Positions 1 through 7,064 of a stretch of 52,253 nucleotides of DNA are shown piece after piece; within the stretch, counting starts at the first letter, position 1, and each line of letters opens with the position of its first letter. Made by a program: the position numbers and the translations under genes. The notes under the pieces were generated by a model. That model ran no database searches, had not been told where the DNA came from, and saw only the letters and a program-made list of their open reading frames with translations. This stretch comes from a virus. Taxonomy: Duplodnaviria; Heunggongvirae; Uroviricota; Caudoviricetes. Location: the IMG/VR virus record IMGVR_UViG_3300011008_000006. One strand, 5' to 3'.

Positions 1-15
1 TTTTTTTTATGTACT

Positions 16-41
16 ACTTTAGTGCTTTAGTGTACTAAAGT
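16..41. repeat. 26-bp tripartite motif copy 1 (ACTTTAGT GCTTTAGT GT ACTAAAGT), followed 8 nt later by GGCCGGCC
   Basis: Two direct 8-mers plus one inverted 8-mer; 7 further copies within 1-2,870. Confidence 0.9.
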
Positions 42-111
42 ATTTGCCCGGCCGGCCCGTTTATGATAGATCCGGCCCGCTATATGCCATTCTAAGCCAT
101 TTTTATTTTAT

Positions 112-133
112 CCATCAACTGGCCGGTTGATGG
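112..133. other. Hairpin CCATCAAC-tggccg-GTTGATGG
   Basis: Perfect 8-bp stem, extendable by ATTTTAT/ATAAAAT flanks (~103-146). Confidence 0.7.
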
Positions 134-191
134 GACTAGATAAAATCGGCCACAATTAAAAAGTCAAAGAAAGTCAAACTGGCCGGCCGGC

Positions 192-217
192 GCTTTCGTG
201 CGTTAAAGTGTTAAAGA
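192..217. repeat. Tripartite motif copy 2, reverse orientation (GCTTTCGT GC GTTAAAGT GTTAAAGA), preceded by GGCCGGCCGG at 181-190
   Basis: Reverse complement matches the copy-1 geometry. Confidence 0.8.
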
Positions 218-249
218 AAAATTTTTTTTGAAAAAATTTTCAAAAAGTG

Positions 250-278
250 TTGACAAGTTTGCGGGGGTGTGGTATACT
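250..278 (+). promoter_or_regulatory. sigma70/sigmaA early promoter TTGACA-17-TATACT, extended -10, A/T-tract UP element
   Basis: TTGACA 250-255, TATACT 273-278, TG at 270. Confidence 0.9.
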
Positions 279-333
279 TATATCGTCAAGAGGGGGAAGG
301 AAAACCCCAAATCAAACCAGAAAGGGTAAAGAA

Positions 334-495
334 ATGAAGTATTGGATGAATGAGAAAACTCAAAGAATCGCTATTCTGTCTCATAAGCCCACTGATGAAC
401 CCTGGGCGCGTGTGAGTGGTGAATGGGTAGAAATTACTAAGGACGAATATGATACCATGCTTGTTTATCAGCAGTGCCTTGTAAGTCTTGCTTAA
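334..495 (+). CDS. Small hypothetical early protein (53 aa)
   Basis: ATG 334 after a purine-rich SD (GAAAGGG), TAA stop, downstream of a consensus promoter. Confidence 0.75.
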   Translation: MKYWMNEKTQRIAILSHKPTDEPWARVSGEWVEITKDEYDTMLVYQQCLVSLA

Positions 496-506
496 GAATT
501 AAAGGG

Positions 507-535
507 CTGACAAGTTAAAAAGTCCATGATATAAC
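507..535 (+). promoter_or_regulatory. Probable early promoter CTGACA-17-TATAAC
   Basis: Near-consensus boxes, 17-bp spacer, directly upstream of ORF 564. Confidence 0.6.
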
Positions 536-563
536 AAGAATACAAGAAAGGAAAAAGAAGATC

Positions 564-719
564 ATGAAGACTGTGGAATTGATTAAGTGCGGCAAAGGTT
601 ACTATGTAAACGTTCGCTATAATGGTCGTACAGTAATGAATGAGTACTATAAGACTAATAAAGCGGCAAATGAGCGGATCAAAGTGTTGAAGGGAGAAGG
701 CTATCAGATCAATAAGTAA
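564..719 (+). CDS. Small basic hypothetical early protein (51 aa, MKTVELIKCGKGYYVNVRYNG...), not in the ORF track
   Basis: ATG 564 after AAAGGAAAAAG, TAA 717-719, followed by a hairpin and U-tract. Confidence 0.75.
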   Translation: MKTVELIKCGKGYYVNVRYNGRTVMNEYYKTNKAANERIKVLKGEGYQINK

Positions 720-740
720 GGGCAAAAGTCCCTTATTTTT
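717..740 (+). terminator. Probable intrinsic terminator TAAGGG-caaaagt-CCCTTA-TTTTT
   Basis: Short stem plus T-run after the stop codon. Confidence 0.55.
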
Positions 741-747
741 TATCTAT

Positions 748-773
748 ACTTTAATACTTTAATGTATTAAAGT
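748..773. repeat. Tripartite motif copy 3 (ACTTTAAT ACTTTAAT GT ATTAAAGT), GGCCGGCC at 781-788
   Basis: Same 8+8+2+8 geometry. Confidence 0.9.
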
Positions 774-832
774 GTTGCCTGGCCGGCCAGAGCGAAATGT
801 TAAAAATGGTAGAATATTTACCGAATTCGCGA

Positions 833-861
833 TTGTGTTTTGCCGGTATTTGATATATAAT
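833..861 (+). promoter_or_regulatory. Probable early promoter TTGTGT-17-TATAAT
   Basis: TATAAT 856-861; degenerate -35 at the correct spacing; CCGG in the spacer. Confidence 0.55.
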
Positions 862-892
862 ATAAGTGAAGAAAGGGAAGGGAGAAAAAACA

Positions 893-1069
893 ATGACGAA
901 GAAAATTAACACAAAAGAAGAATACCAGAAAGCTATGGAAGAATTGGAAGTGCGTGAATTTTACGCCAATATGTGCGACGACTACACAGTTACTTGCCGC
1001 GAGATGGAGAAGATCAGAATTGATCGTCACGAGATCACCACGCAAGCGAAAGAAAAAAACTTGCTGTAA
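893..1069 (+). CDS. Small hypothetical early protein (58 aa, helical)
   Basis: ATG 893 after the GGGAAGGGAG SD; TAA stop. Confidence 0.75.
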   Translation: MTKKINTKEEYQKAMEELEVREFYANMCDDYTVTCREMEKIRIDRHEITTQAKEKNLL

Positions 1070-1073
1070 AATA

Positions 1074-1102
1074 TTGACAAAGCCGGTCAAGTGTGCTATA
1101 CC
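1074..1102 (+). promoter_or_regulatory. Promoter TTGACA-17-TATACC with no convincing downstream ORF
   Basis: Consensus -35, TG-extended -10. Confidence 0.7.
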
Positions 1103-1130
1103 GTATATAAAAAGAAGAAAAGAGTCTAAT

Positions 1131-1156
1131 ATTTTAGTGCTTTACTGCACTAAAGT
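1131..1156. repeat. Tripartite motif copy 4 (ATTTTAGT GCTTTACT GC ACTAAAGT), GGCCGGTCC 8 nt later
   Basis: Same geometry. Confidence 0.85.
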
Positions 1157-1256
1157 ATTAATCAGGCCGGTCCGAAGAGAATATGACTGGCCGGCCCGTG
1201 AGTTAGTTATGACTAACTGTCGTAAAAAATTTTTTTTGAAAAATAAAAAAAAGGTG

Positions 1257-1285
1257 TTGACAAATGCTCCGGCATGTACTATAAT
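1257..1285 (+). promoter_or_regulatory. Consensus early promoter TTGACA-17-TATAAT with UP element
   Basis: Perfect boxes; A/T tracts at 1224-1252. Confidence 0.92.
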
Positions 1286-1337
1286 AAGCATGTAAGAAAG
1301 GGAAGGGAAACCCACCAAACCAGAAAGGGCGCCAACA

Positions 1338-1541
1338 ATGAAGAATTACACCACCATCAAGCTCACCGAAACTTGTGCCAATTTTATGGAAGGCCTGACC
1401 GAGACCACCCGCACCATTGTCACCACCGACCGCGATGGATGGCCTACCACCAAGACCGAACGGGTTTACAAGGACGCGGATGGCAAGATCTGGATTGTGC
1501 GGACAGATCGGGATGGCTGGCTTTACAAGTACGAAGCCTAA
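1338..1541 (+). CDS. Small hypothetical early protein (67 aa) with TDRDGW repeated twice
   Basis: SD GAAAGGG, GC3-rich codons, downstream terminator. Confidence 0.85.
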   Translation: MKNYTTIKLTETCANFMEGLTETTRTIVTTDRDGWPTTKTERVYKDADGKIWIVRTDRDGWLYKYEA

Positions 1542-1551
1542 AATCAAAAAC

Positions 1552-1583
1552 AGGGCGGGAGAAATCCCGCCCTAAAATTTTTT
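1552..1583 (+). terminator. Intrinsic terminator AGGGCGGGA-gaaa-TCCCGCCCT
   Basis: Perfect 9-bp stem with GAAA loop, T-run nearby. Confidence 0.85.
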
Positions 1584-1593
1584 CTAAAAAGTA

Positions 1594-1622
1594 TTGACAG
1601 ATACGTGCTGATCTGGTATAAT
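1594..1622 (+). promoter_or_regulatory. Consensus promoter TTGACA-17-TATAAT with no SD-supported ORF
   Basis: Perfect boxes, TG-extended -10. Confidence 0.85.
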
Positions 1623-1667
1623 AAAGATGCTCCGAGAGGCTGGCAGGACAGGGGGAAGTGCGCCCTT

Positions 1668-1703
1668 ATACTTTAATGCATTAAAGTATGAAAGTGCTAA
1701 AAA
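1668..1703. repeat. Tripartite motif copy 5, four half-sites; contains the perfect 22-bp palindrome ATACTTTAATGCATTAAAGTAT (1668-1689)
   Basis: ACTTTAAT GC ATTAAAGT ATGAAAGT GCTAAAAA. Confidence 0.9.
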
Positions 1704-1730
1704 TTTTTTTCACTTTTTCAAAAAAAGAGG

Positions 1731-1759
1731 TTGACAAATTGCCCGGCATCGTTTATAAT
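1731..1759 (+). promoter_or_regulatory. Consensus early promoter TTGACA-17-TATAAT
   Basis: Perfect boxes; upstream A/T tracts. Confidence 0.92.
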
Positions 1760-1816
1760 AAATAATGTCAGGAGGGCAAAGAAAGCCACCGGCAGAAAGA
1801 AGGAGGAAGAAAAAAA

Positions 1817-2038
1817 ATGACTATCCGCGAATATTGGGCCGCCATGGAAGCCGCCGCCACTATCGACGAAGTGGATGCAATCATGGAACACGAAACTAAA
1901 ATCTATGGGTTGTCTCAGATTGATTTCGACGCGTTCTGTGAATGGGCTGACTGTAATGGTATTGACTTAACTGCCTGTGATCCTGATTCTGATATTTCTG
2001 TTCTGATTCTGTGGTCTTGGGACATGTGCGGCGAATAA
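1817..2038 (+). CDS. Small acidic hypothetical early protein (73 aa)
   Basis: SD AAGGAGG; very Asp/Glu-rich. Confidence 0.85.
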   Translation: MTIREYWAAMEAAATIDEVDAIMEHETKIYGLSQIDFDAFCEWADCNGIDLTACDPDSDISVLILWSWDMCGE

Positions 2039-2078
2039 TCACCACACAAAAAAATTTGAAAAAAATCAAAAAAAGGTA

Positions 2079-2107
2079 TTGACAAGCACGCCGGTAAGGT
2101 GTATAAT
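2079..2107 (+). promoter_or_regulatory. Consensus early promoter TTGACA-17-TATAAT
   Basis: Perfect boxes; UP-like A tracts. Confidence 0.92.
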
Positions 2108-2138
2108 AAAGTCACAAAGAACGAAGGAGGCCACCACC

Positions 2139-2594
2139 ATGACGCTGTTCGACCTGATTACCGCTTACGCCGCCTGCACCGCCGCCCATACTTACATCCT
2201 CGGTTTCATCTTCGGCGGCAACCTCTACCGCGTGACCCTGACTTTCGCGGAATTGACCGCCTACGTTCGGCAGGGTCGGACGTCCTCCAAGAAGGGTGCT
2301 GTCCTCCAAGCGCGCATCCGCGTAAACAGCAAGCAAGCCGCCGAACTGGTGGAAAGCGGAAAAGCCCTTTTGATGGGAACCGCCGAAATGCTGGAAGATG
2401 ACAAGCACAACAGGGGCGAAATCTTCGAGAAGATTATCACTGAAACCCTGACCGGGAAAACTTGGAAGAAGGACAGCACCCCGTTTTGGAAAGCTGGTGA
2501 TATCGAACTCAACGGCGAACAAATCCAAATCAAACTAAGCGAAGCAGAACTCACAAATGAGAAAGCAATCACCGCCGCCCTCGCCGCGGCGTGA
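2139..2594 (+). CDS. Hypothetical early protein (151 aa), possible PD-(D/E)xK-like nuclease fold
   Basis: SD AAGGAGG at 2124-2130; motifs NRGEIFE...GDIELNGEQIQIK. Confidence 0.8.
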   Translation: MTLFDLITAYAACTAAHTYILGFIFGGNLYRVTLTFAELTAYVRQGRTSSKKGAVLQARIRVNSKQAAELVESGKALLMGTAEMLEDDKHNRGEIFEKIITETLTGKTWKKDSTPFWKAGDIELNGEQIQIKLSEAELTNEKAITAALAAA

Positions 2595-2653
2595 TTCTTT
2601 TTTTATCCCATTATATTTGATCAAAGGTAATTTTTGCCCAACGTCGGCCTGAT

Positions 2654-2679
2654 GCTTTAACACTTTAGTGTGCTAAAGT
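2654..2679. repeat. Tripartite motif copy 6 (GCTTTAAC ACTTTAGT GT GCTAAAGT)
   Basis: Same geometry. Confidence 0.9.
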
Positions 2680-2728
2680 GGTTGCTACTGTTATATCCCG
2701 CGGTATCAAACAAAGGGCCACCGTCAAG

Positions 2729-2754
2729 ATTTTAATACTTTAATGTGTTAAAGT
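2729..2754. repeat. Tripartite motif copy 7 (ATTTTAAT ACTTTAAT GT GTTAAAGT)
   Basis: Same geometry. Confidence 0.88.
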
Positions 2755-2842
2755 GGGCGGTATTTGAAATAAGGGCACCAGGCCGAAAAAAAACACTTCT
2801 CATCGTTGGGGCGCTTGATTTTTTGAAATAGATACACCCCCC

Positions 2843-2868
2843 ACTTCAACGCTTTAGTGTGCTAAAGT
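2843..2868. repeat. Tripartite motif copy 8 (ACTTCAAC GCTTTAGT GT GCTAAAGT)
   Basis: Same geometry. Confidence 0.85.
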
Positions 2869-3028
2869 CCAGGCTCCCAGCAGGTCCCAGCATTTTTGAC
2901 TACCCCGGGGGTATGATGTAGGATTTGGCCAGGTTATTACCATATATGACATGGGCGCTCCCCAATTCCCACCGACCCAAAATTTTTCAAAAATAATAAA
3001 AAACCGAAAAAATTCCCTATTCTAATAC

Positions 3029-3058
3029 TTGACAAATAGAAGCCTTATGTGTTATAAT
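3029..3058 (+). promoter_or_regulatory. sigmaA-type promoter TTGACA-18-TATAAT heading the packaging/virion operon
   Basis: Perfect boxes, A-tract UP element at ~2980-3013. Confidence 0.8.
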
Positions 3059-3085
3059 AAAATCAGAAGGTCGGAGGTGACCGCA

Positions 3086-4378
3086 TTGAAAAAGAAATAC
3101 TCATTAGACTATGAAATTGAACGCGATATTGACCGCGTTCAAGCAATCAAAGATATACTTGATCAACTTGAAACTGACCCATCTCCGCTTGAATTAGAGT
3201 AGATGGGTTCTTATATTTTATATGGAAAAGACGAAAATGGTTTAAATTCGGTATAGCGTGGCGAAACAACAGATGGTAATAAGAGATATGGTAGCTATAA
3301 AAAAATGGACGACAAATTACTTTCGTTGGATGAAATGTTAGAAAATCCAATGGCAGATTAGCAATCTTTAAAACCAACCTCATAGCGCAGCGCCTATACT
3401 AAAAAGAAACCAGTAATTGCGCGCCCAAAATATGACAAAAAAACTGGCGAAATGATTGACCCAGGCGACAGCGACATTCCCGGCATGACCGAGCTATGGG
3501 AACGTATTGATCATTTAGAGCATATTGTAGCAATAAACGAAGGAAAAATTTCACCCGATGAAAATACAACTCTTCTAAAAGATAGTTATCGTTTATATCA
3601 ATTAAAACATATGTTAATAGATGTGCGCCGTCATCAATATTATCTTAAAGATTCTTACAAACCTACTTTACATTTCCAAGCAGTAGATCATCCTAAGGCC
3701 GCCTTCTATGATTGGACATGCGATTCCTTCTATTGGATTTCGCGCGAAGAATGGTAGTGCCGCATTAATAATACGCTCTTATCTTCCATATCAAAAAATA
3801 TTGAAGATTATGAAGTGCGCGAGGACGGTATGGTAAAATGGATAGTAAGGCGCCATACCTTTAACTGGGAAGACCCGCTTCATGTTCGCGCCCTTATAAA
3901 TAATTATGATTTATTATATGATTAGTTTAAAGAAAAATTAGATACCTACGGTCGCACCCTAATATTTGATTTCGATCGCTATCGCGCGATGGCAAACTTT
4001 ACTGAATTGCGCGATTACATATTAAATTAGAAACTAGCGCGCGTTCAATATGCCGACATCATTAAAAATTTATAGATTAAATATGGCATTAAATATAATG
4101 AAAATCACTTATGTACTATTCTTTCGCGCGAGATACCCGAAAAAATTGCATAGGCCGCGCAAAAATATCATCTTCTATTAGATACACCAGAAGAAAATAA
4201 AAAATTATGTAAAAGTTGCGGCCGCATGCTTCCAATCCATGAACTATTTTTTGTACATAATAGAAATCGCAAAGATGGTTTCTCTGGCACCTGTAAAGAA
4301 TGTGAGAAAAGAAAGAGAATAGAAAAAGGAGGTTAGGGCTTAAATGATAGAAGAACAAAAGAAGCGCAAATGCATTAA
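3086..4378 (+). CDS. Hypothetical protein (430 aa with TAG=Gln), C-terminal CxxC...CxxC Zn finger; possible regulator
   Basis: TTG start after GGAGGTG; frame interrupted only by TAG (first at 3200) until TAA 4376; CKSC...CKEC. Confidence 0.8.
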
Positions 4379-5288
4379 ATGTTAGTAGGAACGTCCAATC
4401 TCATTTTTCGCGCGCACACCTAGTAAATTTTTCCCTGGCCGCAGCCTAATATGTACGCCATGCCTTGAGAAAATGGTGCCGCAAGATAATTTGGGTGAAG
4501 TAGATAGACTTTGCCGCTACCTTGATGTACCATTTGACCTAAATAAATGGACGCAACTTTATAAAGTGCATGGGGAGCATACTTTAACAGCCTATTTTAA
4601 TATGCTTCTGGACGACCACTACGAAGCTCTTCAATGGAGCGATGAAAACGAAAGATGGCGAATAGCTAGAAATGAAGGCACCATTGATGAAGAAATAAAA
4701 GAATTAAATGATGCAAAACTTAAGAGGTTAAAAAAAGAGTGGTCGCCTACTTACGACAAAGATGAACTATTATTCCTTGAAGATTTTTATAATAGTATCG
4801 TCGCATCATAGAACGTTTCTACTCCAATTCTTCAGCACTACGCGCGCGACCTCTGCGAAATTGAATTACGTATTAAGAAGGGGTTGCGTAACGGGGTGGA
4901 TATAAAAAAAGATATGGACGCCCGCGACAATATTATAAAGATAGCCAAATTTGAGGCTTCTAATGCAAAATCCGCGGCGGACTTTGAGTCTGTTGGTGAA
5001 CTTATGGTTTATTATGGTAAAAAAGGATGGCATCCAAAATGGCACATAGAACCTTCCGATTCTATTGATTTCTTAATGCAAAATATTCAAAATTACTTAA
5101 AGCGTTTAGTGCAAAATGAAGGCAACTTTGCTGAATAGGTTGAAAACGCGCGTGAACGCTATAATATGACCGAGCGCCTTGAAGAAATTGAAAATGAAGC
5201 AGTTGAATTTGACGAAACTGCAAACATTGAATATGAAGGTGAGGACGAATTTACTGGCGATTTAGGAAGTGATGACGATGGAGAATGA
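4344..5288 (+). CDS. Putative terminase small subunit-like protein (314 aa, TAG=Gln), N-terminal Zn finger
   Basis: SD AAGGAGG; CIKC...CTPC; acidic tail; immediately upstream of TerL. Confidence 0.6.
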
Positions 5289-7059
5289 ACTTGCCTATCG
5301 TGATAATATTCCTATTGAAAAAGGTGTTGTCCTAACAAAACAATTTTTAGATGATAATAGAGAATTATTTACTACTTATTTAAATCATTGGATATTATAC
5401 CCTGATTTATTTTTAGATGCAATTCAAGACTCTGAAGATGCGAAAAATTTTCATTTATTCCCTTTTTAGCGTATCGCACTTCGCGCTAGTATGCGCTATC
5501 GTCAGCATTTCTGGACGGCAACGCGTGCAACGTCTAAATCATTTACTGCCTATCTCAGCGCGGTTTTGCGTGCGACCTTACTCCCACGCTCTGTCATAAT
5601 GATTGCATCAGAAGTAAAAGGTACAGTTATTAAAATTGCGGAAGCAAAGTTTGAAGAAATTTTTAGGCACTGGCCGCTTTTACGTAATGAATTAAAAACC
5701 CGAGTAGACGATGGTAAAACTGGTATAAAGTCTAGTAGCAACTACTACGAATTATATTTTAAGAATGGTAGCCAAATTACTGTTGTATCAAAAGACACTT
5801 CTCGCGGCTTACGCTCTACCGCGGCTATCCTTGAAGAAGCTGCGCTAATTGAAGAAGTACCATATAATGAAGTTCTACTTCCTCAAATGAACATTAAGCG
5901 TCGTGAAGTAGATGGTACCATAAATCCAGAAGAGCCATCAGCCGCCCAAAACTTTATTACTACCGCGGCAGAAAAAACAGTCTTTATGTATAGTAAAGTT
6001 ATTGAAATTGCAATCAATGCTGTTTTGCGGCCGAAAGAATACTTCTGCTGGGGTCTTTCTTATGAAGTGCCATTACATTATGGTCTTTTAGATAAAGCTA
6101 CAATGTTAGATTAGCGTTATTCTTCTACTATGAGTGAAGAAGCATTTGCTCGTGAAAATTTATCTATCTGGACAGGTAATAATAAAGATGCATGGCTCAA
6201 TAGTAAAAGATTATCAAAAAAACGTACACTTTTAAAATGTGAGCGTAAAGCACAATAGAATCCTGCTAATCCTAAGACATTTTATTTGATAGGAGTTGAT
6301 GTAGCCAGATATTCTGCTAATACGGCGGTGATGGTTATAAAAGTTCTTCCAGGAGTAAATGGATTTAGAAAAAATGTAGTTTATACGGAAGTTATTCATG
6401 GAGCAAATTATATTTCTCAATAGGCACCGCGGCTGAAAAAACTAATTTAGTTATATGAGCCACGCGAAATTGTTATTGATGGTAATGGTCCAGGTATTGG
6501 TTTACTTGACGCGATGGTACTACCATCCTATAATGATATAACGGGTGAACAATTTCCCGCTTATTATACCTTTAATAATGAACATCATTTACCTGTTGAA
6601 ATGAAGGATGAAAAGCCAGAACCACGCCCTGAACTAAATGCAATTATTTATGATATAAAGGCTGGTTCTTCTAATGACGATATTATCCATTCTAACTTTT
6701 TCTCTCAAATAAATAACGGTTCAGTACATTTTCTAGCTCACGAACGCATTGTAAAAGATAAGTTAGTGCTTACTAAAAAAGGTAAGAAAATGGATTTATT
6801 TAGTCGTCGTGAATTTTTATTACCTTATGAAATGACTTCACGTCTTATGGATGAACTTAATAATTTACGCTTAAAGCCGACTGGTATACAAAATTAGTTT
6901 AAGGTAGAACGTATTTCAACCTCTATTGAAAAAGACCGTTTTTCAGCGTTAGAGTATGCTTTATATCGCGTGAAATATTATGAAGATAAAGCAAATAAGA
7001 AAAGTAAAAAACGCGATTTTAGTACTAGTATTCACTTTACTCCAAGGAAAAGGGGGTGA
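5278..7059 (+). CDS. terL: Terminase large subunit (593 aa, TAG=Gln)
   Basis: Q-motif LFPF[TAG]R, Walker A ATRATSKS, Walker B ILEEA, motif C FITTA, nuclease LIGVDVAR and IDGNG. Confidence 0.93.
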
Positions 7060-7064
7060 TATAA

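Noticed and set aside
2099-2572. Overlapping alternative ORFs 2099-2401, 2112-2528 and 2261-2572
   Set aside because: By-products of the GC-rich 2139-2594 gene; no SD or promoter support
16-2868. CRISPR array interpretation of the repeated palindromic motif
   Set aside because: Spacing is irregular (~75 to ~950 bp), orientation is mixed, intervals contain promoters and genes, and there are no cas genes
16-2868. Integron attC or Xer dif sites
   Set aside because: No GTTRRRY/RYYYAAC cores, no 11-6-11 dif layout and no tyrosine recombinase in the window; recombination is kept only as a hypothesis
2870-2980. Possible tRNA in the GC-rich non-coding stretch
   Set aside because: No cloverleaf, TTCRA T-loop or CCA end could be fitted
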